Shown here: piece by piece, positions 1-12,179 of the stretch
Position numbering within the stretch: position 1 is the stretch's first letter
Layout of the letters: each line of letters starts with the position of its first letter
Origin: Octopus vulgaris
Taxonomy: Eukaryota
Length of the DNA stretch: 64,000 bases
Reading direction: 5' to 3'
NCBI GenBank assembly: GCA_951406725.2
Contig: OX597816.1
Location: 136,834,001 to 136,898,000, forward strand
Made by a program: the position numbers and the translations under genes
Notes under the pieces: generated by a model
Seen by the model: only the letters and a program-made list of their open reading frames with translations
Told to the model about the DNA's origin: nothing
Databases searched by the model: none

Positions 1-2130
1 CTTTTCTTGCCATCGTTTTATCATGATCCGTTGCTGTTCTAGTTTTACTTTGGATTTCAGTTGTTTTACAGCTTTTGTTGTTTCTTCTTTTTCTTCATAG
101 TTGTTAGGCACTATGACATTTTTTTTGTATTTGTCAGCTTCCTTAAAGACTGAAAATAGTTTACTTGTTTTGTGGTTATTTGTATTAGTTTTCCTTGCTT
201 CTGAAGTAGGTATTTCTGTAGTCCTATGGTGGCTATTTTGTAATAGTTTTCTAGCTGTATAAGGCCTCTACTACCTTTGATACATTGTATATATAACTTT
301 CCTATGTTAGATTTTAGGTGGTGCTTCCTAAATCCTGTTATTATTTTTCTTGTTTTCCTGTCTATTTTGATTAGTTCATTTAGAGCCCAGTCAAAAATAT
401 TGTAGCAGTAACTTATAACTGAGATGGTTAGAGTGTTGATACCTATTATCTTGTTTTTTGCATTGAGCTTTCTTTTCAGTATTAATCTAACTTCTTATCT
501 TCTTTTTCATTTGTGTATGTGTTGTATCGCATCTAGTTCTCTTATTTCATTTGCTTTATCTAGTGTAATGTTGCTACTCTTAAATAGTTTTTCTCTTTTT
601 AAGGTTGCTTTGGCATATTTTTCTAAACCAAATTCATGTTTATTTCTTTGGTAAATCCATGTACTGTCTGTAGTAATGTTTCCAGCTGTTTATCATTTAC
701 AGCATGCAGTTTTAGATAATCCATATATAAGAGGTGGCTAATTGTCTTGCTGTAACAGTTGTATTTACATCCAGTTCTGTTTAACATGTAAGATAAAAGT
801 GTCAGTGCCAAGCAGAAAAGAAGTGGAGAGAGCGTTCTCTGGAATATTCCTTTTCTAATGGGGATAGCTTTGGTTTTTATCAGTCCCTCTTTTGTTTGAA
901 CCTGTAGCACTATCTGCCATTTAGTAATGGAATGCTTTATATATTTCATGATTATTGGTGCTATCTTGGTTATGGCTAGTGTTTCTAGGATCTATGCGTG
1001 GGGAATACTATCAAAAGCCTTTCAGTAATCGATCCTTTTTTTTTGCGGCTGTCTTCAGTTATGGCTTTATTGATCAGTAGCTGATTTTTACAGCCGTATG
1101 AGCCTTGCAGCATCCCCTCTGCTCTTCTGGAAACAGGTTGTTTTCTTTCTGATGTTACTCATTCTCTGTGATATTATTGCAGTAAAGGCTTTGTAAATTG
1201 TAGGGAGACAAGTTATCGGTCTGTAATTTTGTGGGTTTGCCATTTCAGTGGACTTGGGAATTAGTATAGTTTTCCCTTCCATGAGCCATTCAGGCATTGT
1301 CTCTGGCTCTGCTTGTATTTCATTAAGTTTCTCAACCAGCCTTTTATGTGTTCCTGTTAGGTATTTTAACCAGATGTTGGGTATCTTGTCGTGCCTGGAT
1401 GCCTTCCAGTTGCTTAGTTTTTGCAGTGCCTGTGTGACCTCTTTAGTTGTTATTGGGGTCCAGAGTTGTTCAGGTGCTGTATTCGTTGTTTTGATAGACT
1501 TTGCTGAAGTTGTTCCTTCGCCAACCATATTTCTTTCTAAAATTCTTCCACTTCTTGTGCTGTTGATGCTGCATTGACATCTATTTTGTTTTTGTCAAGT
1601 TCTTAGAAGAATCTTTTGGGGTTGGAGTTGAACTGTTTGTTTTGTTCAAAGAGACGTTGGCGTTTCTCATATTGGCAGATTCTTTGTGCTTTGGCAAGGA
1701 TACCTTGCTTTAGCTGTTCTTTTACCACAGGTATACCTTGTTCTGTAATTTTGTATTTATGTAGTATTTTTCTCTCTTCTTGTTGCTTAGTAGGGTTGAT
1801 TGTCTACTAGTTTCATTCAGGACTAACAGATCCTTTCTCCTATTCTCTATTTTTTTCTGGATATTATTTATCCACGGGGGTTTAATTGGGTGGTGATGCT
1901 CCTGTTTGCATGGGTTTTAGTAGGTATCCAGCTTCTTTTGTGACCACAGAGGCTGCTGCATATGTTATATCATTTAGCCTGGTCATATTGACATTTCTTT
2001 CTGTGGCTATTAGTTCTGTGACTGCCAGATTCATGCTATTTATTATTGATGTTGTTTCATTATCAATTTTAATTTTTGGAAGGTATAATCAGTGGACCAT
2101 ACTGAGATCTGTAGCTTTCAATTCTTTGAT
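1..2130 (-). mobile_element. Decayed R4/Dong-clade non-LTR retrotransposon (RT region), truncated by the window edge
   Basis: ORF 1088..1528 has NWKA..D.IPNIWLK, PEWLMEGKTILIPK and NYRPITCLPTIYK. ORF 623..949 has GIFQ..LSPLLFCLAL and HLLYMDY (YMDD degraded). Frameshifts separate the ORFs. The 5' boundary is approximate. Confidence 0.85.
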
Positions 2131-3027
2131 TATGTTTATTTTTAGAGTATTATATTACTCAGAGGCGACTCCAGGTCATCAGCGTCACTTGGGCTCACCA
2201 CAGATTTCGTCACTCAAGCTCATCACAGATTTCATATAAGACACATGTCTATTTGAAGAATTCCATGTTTTTCCGTTTTATTTCTAGCCCCAAATGGCTT
2301 ATTTTTCATATCTAGCACTATGTCTTTCTCCATTTCGAAGTTAAGGGTAAAAATAAAGCAACCCTGCAAAACACAACTGATGTTTACACACAGACGCACA
2401 AAATAGCAGCAATCAAATAATGACAGCAGAGTGCACAACAAACATCAGTGATCTGACTGTCACCTGTAGTCTTGACAAGAGATACCTGTTAGTCTTTTAC
2501 ACCTACCTGGCTTGTTCATATTAGCCCGAGTTGCTGGATAATTTTACGTTCCTTTAAGAATATTGTAGAGCGGAAACTTTTTATAGACTGGAATTTAAAT
2601 ACTAATCTCTAGAGAAATTTATTGCTTCAAGAAAACATCGAATTTGAGTTATTGTTAATTTTTATAATTGTAGATAACAACTCGGGCTGTAACTTCTGAA
2701 TCCATGTCAGGCGCGTGTGAACGATGTCAAGAGAACGTCTGCTATGAATGATATTTTTTGGCACAGAACACCTTTAAGATGACCGCCAGACGCTGAACAA
2801 AAATAAATGAACTGTGATCAGGCTCAATAAAAGGAACCCGAATTATTGGCTGAAATTATATACTTCAAATCAGAGTTAGCGCAGAAAGTCAATCAGCTTG
2901 CAAATACATGTTCACTTTACTAAATTTATACTCGGCTACACCTGAACAGCCCGAGTGCAGGAGTCACCACTGATATTACTCATTTTTAGAGTATCATATT
3001 ATTATTATTATTATTATTATTATTATC

Positions 3028-3240
3028 AAGGCGGGAAGCTGGCAGAGTCGTTAGCAAGCCAGGTAAAATGCTTGGCAGCATTTTGTCCGTCTTTACTTTC
3101 TGAGTTCAAATACCGCTGAGGTCGACTTAGCTTTTCATTCCTTCGAGACTGATAAAATAAGTACCAGCTGAGTACTGGGGTAGATGTAATCAACTATTTC
3201 CTTCCCCAAATTTCAGGCCTTGTGCCTATAGTAGAAAGGA
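3028..3240 (+). mobile_element. tRNA-derived SINE, family B (AAGGCGGCGAGCTGGCAGAATCGTTAGC head)
   Basis: A/B-box-like head (tggcagagtcgttag ... gagttcaaatacc) and the conserved gtcgactt.gc.tttcat.cctt...gataaaataagtaccag block. Flanked by (ATT)n and (CTA)n. More than 12 copies occur in the window. Confidence 0.85.
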
Positions 3241-3686
3241 CTACTACTACTACTACTACAACTACTACTACTTAAAAAAGTGTGTCTTCCATGTCGCAAA
3301 ATATGGTAAATATTCAATGTATAGGGTGTAGCTTTGTTGAAAAAGTTGTTTTATTTAATATGGTAGTCATACCACATTTTATAATTCCATTTCATGAGCT
3401 TGTTGTGTTGCTTGGTAGTTTGTGTTGAGGTAGTCAATGATGATATATTGTGAACGTCTGAGTCACCATTGTTGCAATGGATGGCTTTATCACAAGTGAT
3501 GTAGTGTGATTGTTGGTGTTGTACTGTAGCAATGTAGGATGCATTGACTGCGTGAATAATAACTGATACAAATTCACAGACCTTTAATATTTATTTGGGA
3601 GAATTCACAAGAAAAACAAAAGACAAAGACAGGTGGTGTAGAAAACAAACAGATGTATTAGTATAACACTAGGGAATTGAAAAAGT

Positions 3687-3722
3687 CTTTAATGTTTCGA
3701 GCCTACGCTCTTCCACAGAAAG
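3687..3722 (-). ncRNA. Minimal hammerhead-like motif in a Penelope-type repeat end (non-canonical U6, probably decayed)
   Basis: Minus strand reads CUUU-CUGUGGA-A-GAGC-GUAG-GCUC-GAA-ACAU-U-AAAG. Stem I is CUUU/AAAG and stem II is GAGC/GCUC. Confidence 0.6.
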
Positions 3723-4028
3723 GAACACAGAAACAAGGAGAGAATATTTATTGCCGGACATGATATTTTGTATTGGCTATTTACAATAAAGGATGCTAAA
3801 AAAATAATTGCCGACTGGGAGGAGAGAAACTGCACCTTATGGTTGGCTGTCCGAGTACCAGAAATTGTCTGCACCAAAAGTCCAAAGTCATCTGCTTCAA
3901 TGCCCAAGGTCGATTGCCTGGTGAGCTAAGCGCCAAACGATTTTTATGGAGTGAAAAGAGGCTAAATTCTAGAACATCTGAGAAGCCATATCACGTCACA
4001 GCTTCATGCTGATTGGTTGACTTATAGA

Positions 4029-4416
4029 GGCGCAATGGCCCAGTGGTTAGGGCAGCGGACTCGCGGTCGGAGGATTGCGGTTTCGATTCCCAGACCGGGC
4101 GTTGTGTGTGTTTATTGAGCGAAAACACCTAAAGCTCCACAAGGCTCCGGCAGGGGGTGGTGGTGACCCCTGTTGTACTCTTTCGCCTCAACTTTCTCTC
4201 ACTCCACTCTTACTTCCTGTTTCTGTTGTACCTGTATTTCAAGGGGCCGGCCTTGTCACTCTCTGTGTCACGCTGAATATCCCTGAGAACTATGTTAAGG
4301 GTGCACGTGTCTGTGGAGTGCTCAGCCACTTACACGTTAATTTCACGAGCAGGCTGTTCCGTTGATTCGGATCAACCAGAACCCTCATCGTCGTAACCGA
4401 CGGAGTGCTTCCAACA
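4029..4416 (+). mobile_element. tRNA-Arg-derived SINE (OR-type octopus SINE-like)
   Basis: Head ggcgcaatggcccagtggttagggcagcggacTCGcggtc...ggtttcgattccc is tRNA-like with a TCG anticodon. The head is shared with 36590 and the tail with 48880. Confidence 0.8.
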
Positions 4417-4534
4417 GATCAATCACATGAAACTTAGCAACTTACGGTTAGGATTCACCAATATGACAATGATTTATAAACTTTTACATATTTGCGAATC
4501 AAATAAAGATTCTTCCACTGAAAAGTGCTGCTGC

Positions 4535-4564
<30 letters not shown>

Positions 4565-4565
<1 letters not shown>

Positions 4566-4750
4566 CCTTTCTACTACAGACCTGAAATTTTGGGGGAGGA
4601 GACTAGTTGACTACATCAACCCTAGTGACCCCGAAAGGGTGAAAGATAAAGTCGACCCCGGCAGCATTTGAACCCAGAACGTGATGACAAACGAAATAGC
4701 GCTAAGCATTTCTCCCAGTGTGCTAACAATTCTGCCAGTTTGCTGCCTTA
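4565..4750 (-). mobile_element. SINE family B
   Basis: Reverse-complement match to 3028-3240, with an (AAT)n run at 4536-4565. Confidence 0.8.
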
Positions 4751-5617
4751 CTAGTACTAATACTGCAAATGATGATGATAAACAGGCAGTAGAATATAAA
4801 GAGAAAGCAAAAAGAAATCATGAGTAGAAGTTTCAAGAAGTAGTAGAAGTAGTTTAATCCCAAATCAGCCCTAACTGAGGAGGTCTATGCATAAAGACAT
4901 TCCAATCAATAAAATTGAAGGATGCATACATACAAATCTGGGGGAAATGCATAAGCGTGTAAATATATCAATACAATTGAAATTAGATGAGGTCGCACAA
5001 AGCAGCGTTGAATGTAATTTATTCGTGTAAAATCGTATCTAACACGTTCGAGCACACTAGGACATGGCAATACCTTCTACTGCGTAAATAGTCTCAGGAG
5101 AAAATTCTCCTCCTGCACAAGAATGAAAAACACATTGAGCCAGGAATGGCATTATCGGATCGTATGATGCATGCATTTCTGCGTTCTTTTGCATAATCTA
5201 GAAAAGAACTATTATAATATCCAACAAAAGAATAAAGGAAACTTCTGATTAGTGGTTGATTTCTCACATTCGGTGTGCCTCGTATCACATTTATCTAATG
5301 AGTCCTTCTTTAAAAAAATAATAGTAGGGTATGTCAAGGGGCATTTGGCAGCTATTTATAGCAGGTCCAGCTATTATATCATAGTATAGCTAGTGATGTG
5401 TAGTTCGAGGTTCGTCTTGATCTAGCAGTATGACTCAAGTAGTTGCCCAAATAACGAGACGCATTCTACTTACTACTTGAAATAACAACGGTGTGATTTA
5501 AAGGAAATTTGGCTGCTATTATTAGCCATAGGAACGACTACGAATAGGAACTTATTTCTATTGCTGGGATCATTTAATTTTGTAGATTTCATAAATTTAA
5601 TTAAAACGTGCTGTCTT

Positions 5618-5650
<33 letters not shown>

Positions 5651-6431
5651 CTACCACAAAATAGATTCGAGTTCTATGATATTGAAGGTCATTTAAGTGC
5701 GTATTTTATTTATATGAGGAGATATCCTTGTTACATAAAGTAATTACTTATTGTTCTTGAATGGGTGGGTTCTTACAAATTCCACAACTTTCACATAAAT
5801 AAGTTAAAAATCTAGAAGAAAAATTTGTTTGACTCAGTGAGTTGTAAACAATGTTTGACCCGTCAAAAATGTAATGACAATTGTCGAATACAGCTAAATA
5901 AAAGCTTAATCCAGCATTAATCTCATCCCAAACAATTGTACCTAAGTTCTTTATTTTATCAATAAAAGGAAATAGTTTTACATTAATATTTTTTGTTTAT
6001 TTTTTCTTTACTTCAAAATATTTTTCATCCTTTTTTTTCTCTTATTCTTAGAAATTTTCCTGTTGGGGAAGAAAAATTCAAAAACCAGAATAAAAAAAAA
6101 AGAAACCTAAAAAATACAGAGGAAATGATATGATATTAAATGAAAGACAATAAAACAGAAATAAAACTCTAAAAATGAATGAACTAGAAACTTCATAGAA
6201 AACAGTTGTTTTTTTTTTGTTGTTATTTTTTTGTTTTTTGCAACAAAATGAAATATTCAAAGCTTACTTTCCCACTAGATTAAACAGACACTGGGAGTGA
6301 CAATCATTGTTACTACATTAAGAAAATGTCCGGTATTTTTCATTAGTTGTAAAGTGGACATTATTGAATTTTAATACTACAGACACTATCTGCATGAAAA
6401 ATACGTTAAGTATCAACGAGTCAATGTGTTA

Positions 6432-6820
6432 AAGGTGGTAGGGTGGTAGAATCGTGGGATACAAATACTGTCTGGTATTTCTTCGGGCTCATTACATTCT
6501 GAGTTCGAATTTCACCAAGCTTTACTTTGCTTTTTGTCGATAAAATAAAGTATTGGGGAGTGATACTATCGACCAATACCTTTCCTCTACTTTAAGCCCT
6601 GGACCTAAATTTATTTCAAATTTTGGCACAAGGCCAGTGATTTCGAGGCAGGAGATAAGTTGATTACAACGACCCCAATACTCAGCTGGTACTTATTTTA
6701 TCAATCTCGAAAGGATGAATGGTAAAGTTGACCTCAGCGGAATTTTGAATTCAGAATGTGAACACAGATGAAATGCTGCCAAGCATTTTGCCCGGTGTGC
6801 TAACTTTTCTGCCAGCTCAG
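6432..6820. mobile_element. Two family B SINEs, tail-to-tail (+ 6432-6610, - 6615-6820)
   Basis: Family B head and core motifs are present on opposite strands. Confidence 0.7.
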
Positions 6821-6989
6821 TACCTAAATTAGAAACAATATACCCCAGTACCTAAATTAGAAACAATATATAATGTACAGAGAATTCTTTTTTTTTAAAT
6901 CAACTTGAAATATGAAGAGGTAAATGGGGATGTCATTCAATCATTAATATTTTTTCCATATTCCCAAGCACACAAACACGCACATACAT

Positions 6990-7965
6990 ATTCTTTTACT
7001 CTTTTACTTGTTTCAGTCATTTGACTGCAGCCATGCTGGAGCACTGCCTTTAGTCGAGCAAATTGATCTCGGGACTTATTCTTTGTAAGCCTAGTACTTA
7101 TTCTATCCATCTCTTTTGCCGAACCGCTAAGTGAGGGGGGACATAAACACACCAGCATCGGGTTGTCAAGCAATGCTAGGAGGACAAGCACAGACACACA
7201 CACACACATATATATATGACGGGCCTCTTTCAGTTTCTGTCTACCAAATCCACTCACAAAGCTTTGGTTGGCCTGAGGCTATAGTAGAAGACAGACACTT
7301 GCCCAAGATGCCATGCTGTGGGATTGAACCTGGAACCATGTGATTAGTAAGCAAGCTACTTACCACACAGCCACTCATGTCTTTCACTGCTGCTAGACAA
7401 TCGCTTTTGTTTTGTTTTCGTCCCCATAACTTAGCAGGTCAGCAGAAGAGACTGATAGAATACGTAGCAGACTTTTAAAAAATAAGTACTGAGGTCAATA
7501 TTTTCGACTAAACCCTGCAAGACAATGCCCTAAGTTGGCCGCAGTCCAATGACTGAAACAAGTAAAAGATCTTTTTTCTTATCTTTTGTCTCAGTCATTA
7601 TAGATTGCAGCCACGCTTAGGGCATGGCCTCGAGAAATTTTAGTCGAACTGACTGACCAAGTACTTATTTTCTTCTTAAGCCTGGAACTTATTCTATCGG
7701 TCACTTTTGACTTTTGCCGAACCGCTAAGTTACAGGAATGTAAACACCAGTTGGCAAGCAGTGTTGTGGTGGGGACAGACATAAAGACACATACATGCAT
7801 ATACAATGGGCTTCTTTCAGTTTCCATCTACCAAATCTACTTGCAAGGCTTTGGTTGGCCTGAAGCTATAGTAGAAGACACTTTCCCAATGTGCCGCATA
7901 GTGGGACTGAACCCGGGACCATGTGGTTGAGGAGCAAACTTCTTTTCATACAGACATGCCTGCAC
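6990..7965. mobile_element. Cluster of family A SINEs (CORE-like, with internal microsatellite): - 6990-7378, + 3' half 7395-7567, - 7580-7965
   Basis: Diagnostic blocks gctgtgtggtaagtagcttgct / cttgggcaagtgtcttctactatagcc / ggaaactgaaagaagccc / gactgaaacaagtaaaagag. Confidence 0.85.
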
Positions 7966-8194
7966 CTAAATGCATAAGTTACAAGAGTAATTTCCTGAAG
8001 AGGAGGGCTTTCATATTAATTTTGTGAAGTTGTATGGGTGTGGTTTGTGTTGGTGGACAAATTAAAATCCAGCAAGACTGAAATTTGAATATGTTTGTTT
8101 AAATTACCATAGTCAGTCATTGAAGTGGCACTCGTCTATTGCTCTTGTGTGATTCTGCCAGCTCTCCATCTTCTTTCTTCTAATAACAATTGTC

Positions 8195-8930
8195 TCAAAT
8201 TTTGGCACAAAGCCAGAAATTTTAGACAAGGTGGGTTTGTCAATTATATCGACCATGAAGGATGAAAAGTAAAGTTGACCTTAGCGAGGGATAAATTCAG
8301 AACGTAAAGAGCAGGAAGGAATATTGTAAGGTGTATTAATGATTCTTCCAGCTCGCCACCTTACTCTTAACTCTAATAATTGTTTCAAATTTTGGCACAG
8401 GGCTAGCTGTTTCTGAGGGGATGGATAAGTTGATTACTTATTTCATCGACCCCAAAAGGATGAAAAGTAAAGTCGACCTCAGCTGAATTTTAGCTCAGAA
8501 TGTAAAAATGGACGAAATTCTGCTAAGCATTTTGCCCAGTTTGCTAGGATTTTTCCAGCTTGCTACCTTATTTCAGGGGAGAGAGACTGCTATTTATTTT
8601 ATCGACCCAGAAAGGATGAAAGGCAAAGTTGACCTCAGCTGAATTTTAATTCAGAACGTAAAGATGAACAGAATGCTGCTAAACATTTTGCCTGATGTAC
8701 TAATGATTCTTCTAGCTCGCCAACTTATTTGGCACAGGGCCTGCAGCTTTTGAAGGGATGGGTAAGTCGATTACATCAACTCCAGTACTTGATTGCTATT
8801 TATTTTATCTACCTTGAAAAGGAGGAAAGGCAAAGTCGATCTCGGCTGAATTTTAGCTCAGAATGTAAAGACAGACGAAATTCTGCTAAGCATTTTGCCC
8901 TGTGTGCTAACAGTTCTACTAGTTTGCTGC
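8195..8930 (-). mobile_element. Four head-to-tail family B SINE copies
   Basis: ggatgaaa.g.aaagt.gacct..gc...attt...tcagaa.gtaaa.a recurs at about 8260, 8458, 8614 and 8820. Confidence 0.8.
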
Positions 8931-9282
8931 TTTTCATAACTCTAATAATAACACAAATAAGCAAATGCGGAAAAACTAAATCAAACACCTGGCAGGTACC
9001 TGACCGATTGATACATAATGACATTTTCACTTTTTTTCTTCATAATCAAACACTGCTTTCTCCACAGTGAAGTTACCTGTTAATATGCACTTCAATGTAA
9101 CATTTCAAGAGATGGCCCCGAGGAGATTAGTATCTGGCATCAGATTTAGTTTATGCAATTATGTCTTTATTTTATCGTTGTTTAAAAAGGAAAGGGTCTC
9201 TGTCCTTTGTATGTTTCATGAAGGTGTTAGAACTGAAATAATGATTAATAACGTAGCAGCAATTCGTTTCTACATCTCTGCC

Positions 9283-9907
9283 TAGTGGCGGCTCGTGTAT
9301 AGGCACTGCGAAACTGCAGCACCCCCTACTTCCACTCGATATCATCGATAACATTCAATATAATGAGTCCTCTTTTTTCCTTTAATTCTTTCTTTATACT
9401 TGTACATTATACAATCCTTAAGCTTAATGTCAGTAGCCATCCTCTAGTTTATGAAAAAATACAAAAATCCTTGAATAGAACTGTGTGCTTCACAGTTCCA
9501 GTGACGCGGTGTTTGGCTGTTGTGCACATGTCCTAGATAGGAAGCTTCATGCTAGGGAGAGACAGTACTGTCGTCTATGCAGTGCCGACCTTGTGTGTTG
9601 TTCTTAAAAAGTGTTTATATTCTTGAATGTGATAAAAAGTAGAATTAGATAATCCTCCAGCTTCCAGCTTCAGTGTTGCTACCAGGATTTGAAAATTAGG
9701 GCACATTACATTCTCCCCACCATCACTTATTTTATGATTTAAAGGGGGGATTCGTGGGCATGTTCAGTGCAGTGGCTAAAAGGCGAACCGATCAAGTTTA
9801 TGTATAAATTTTCTTCTTATATGTTTGTTTCCTTTTACACAATATTAAAATGGCTACAAATTTTCTGGAGCAGCACCCCCATTAATTTTATCTACGAGCC
9901 GCCACTG
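9283..9907. mobile_element. hAT-like (Tip100-type) non-autonomous DNA transposon
   Basis: TIRs TAGTGGCGGCTCGT ... ACGAGCCGCCACTG. The 8-bp flanks tctctgcc / cctctgct match 6/8 (decayed TSD). Confidence 0.75.
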
Positions 9908-10181
9908 CCTCTGCTCTACCAATTATGTAACTCTCATCTCGCTAAAGTATTATAGTATGGATTGATTGGGAAACAAAAGACGCAATTAGTATTTGTCGAA
10001 CTGCTAAGTTACGAAAACACACAGACACACAGCTTTTGCTTAGATTCGATCTACTAAATTTTACTCACAAGTTTTACCCACTTGAGACTATTAGAAGACA
10101 ATTGTTGAAGATGTTGTGCAATGCAATTGAACTCAGTACACTCTGGTTACAAAAGCAAACTTCCTAAGCACAGTGCCCCCT

Positions 10182-10213
<32 letters not shown>

Positions 10214-10473
10214 AAATATGAATTAGAGATAAAACCACCATTATGCAACTCAAACAGGGATAGACATAAACCAATACATAAATAACAAATAATATAAATC
10301 TTTTTTTTCAAAAAGTATAAAAAGAATGATAAATATAATAAAATAAGTAAAACCACTACGTACGTTTCATATATATATTTTATATATTTATAATATATTT
10401 TATATGTTTATACTGTGAAATTTGATTTAATACTAAACCAAATTTTTCCCTGTAAGTTTGGAGCTATACTCCC

Positions 10474-10526
<53 letters not shown>

Positions 10527-10530
<4 letters not shown>

Positions 10531-11394
10531 CATGGAAAAATGCGAGCAAGAGAAATAATATTCTTAAGATTATAAACCTGGAAAATTATAGGACAAGCTA
10601 TTACACTTGGAAAAGTTCAGGACAAATTACATCTGGTAAAGTTCAGAACAAGAAAAATTTTACTTAAAGAATAGCAGCTAAGGATAAAATTTCAAATAAA
10701 ATATTTAGATTTAGAAAATATTAGCTTTTATTAAAACTAAAAATTTTATTACAAGTTATTACTTCTCTTTGTTATTGTTACTTCTATTAAAAATTTAAAA
10801 TAACTCAAAATATTTTTTGCACTTTAAAAAAATCCATTTTTTAATTATTAATTAATACTAGGAAATCTGAAAATAGGTTATAAAAAATAATATTAGTACA
10901 ATAAATAGAATAATACAAAAATTAGTTACATATTACAGTGAAATCTACCTATAACAACAACTTCCCAGTAAGATTTGCTTGAGTTATAACTCAAGTTATT
11001 GCGAAGTCTTCACATTTTTAGTTTTGACTGAATGCCTATTTTTTTAATAATGAATCTATCTGCCTACCATATATACTATTCTACTTTGCATAAAACATTA
11101 GCTATATAGATACTTCTGGTTCTCGTTTTTAAGTATTCTAGTGCATCAATATTTTAATAAAATGATGGTACCTTTTTAATTATAATGTTACTCTGTAAAT
11201 TAAAATCAAATAATTTTTAATATTGAAATTTTATCCTTAGCTGCAATATTTTAAGTAAAAATTTTCTTGTTCTGTACTTTACCAGATGTAATAAGTTGTC
11301 CTGAATTTTTCCAAGTGTAATAACTTGTCCTGTAATTTTCCAGGTTTATAATCTTAAGAATATTATTTCTCTTGCTTGCATTTTTCCATGTAAT
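10527..11394. repeat. About 170 bp inverted repeat (10527-10695 / 11223-11394) with an AT-rich spacer
   Basis: attacatggaaaaatgcgagcaagagaaataatattcttaagattataaacctggaaaatta... is matched by its reverse complement ending ...ttgcttgcatttttccatgtaat. Confidence 0.9.
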
Positions 11395-11767
11395 CCATGT
11401 TTTTCCAGGCTATGCTATTATGCTAATTAATAATGTGTCAAATAGCGGTGTCATTGATAATTTTTTCCTTATCTCAATGACACCAGTGACATATATCAAA
11501 AGTCCACTTTTAGAATTATATTCATAAAAAAGTATAGAACTATAGTATCACCCTCAAATTTGAGAAACAAACACTCACAATTTTTTTCTTTTAAAACTTC
11601 ATAGCATAAGATTGATACCATGAAATTCCTCGAACTGAGCTCAATCATTTAAGTATAAGCAAAATATAGTTTGGTATTAAAATAAAAAGTTAATTATACT
11701 TAAATCCAATATTTTGCCTTATTATTTTTTTAAAAAATATTTTTCCTCAACTTTTTTGATACACACT

Positions 11768-12179
11768 GGATCTTTTCGGTTTGAATGGCAGTTTTTTTCT
11801 AGCGGTGTCATATGAAATTGTCACCCATAATTATGACCCTAGTATCGATCTATTGTATTTCAATCTGTTTTAGGGTTAGGGTTAGGGGGAAGGGTATCTT
11901 TTTTCTTCAGAAATGTAAATAAACCGAATCTGTTTCTTAAACGATGGACATATTCATACGGCACAGAATGTTTTCACCTCAATAGACGTCATTGATTGGT
12001 TGAAATTGCAGAAATTGAAGAAAATACAACAACAAATATCTAACAAATTATAGAATTTTCTCAATAAAGCCAAGAGAAAAAGATGTTTTATAGGCACATT
12101 CTACCAGTATACGAAGTTTAAAAGTGTTTAGTTACGTGGAAATTATTTTAAAAAACTGCCGTTCAAACAGAAAAGATCC
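11768..12179. mobile_element. MITE with GG-starting TIRs (Merlin-like), copy 1
   Basis: TIR GGATCTTTTCGGTTTGAATGGCAGTTTTT ... AAAAACTGCCGTTCAAACAGAAAAGATCC. Flanks tacacact/ttcaaact match 6/8. Near-identical to 15518-15942. Confidence 0.85.

Noticed and set aside
4029-4100. tRNA-Arg gene (also 36590)
   Set aside because: Imperfect cloverleaf that continues into a SINE body; it is a SINE head.
6818-6870. Short direct duplications (also 44498-44550, 29630-30000, 52555-52745)
   Set aside because: Two-copy local duplications or TSD-like scars with no further structure.
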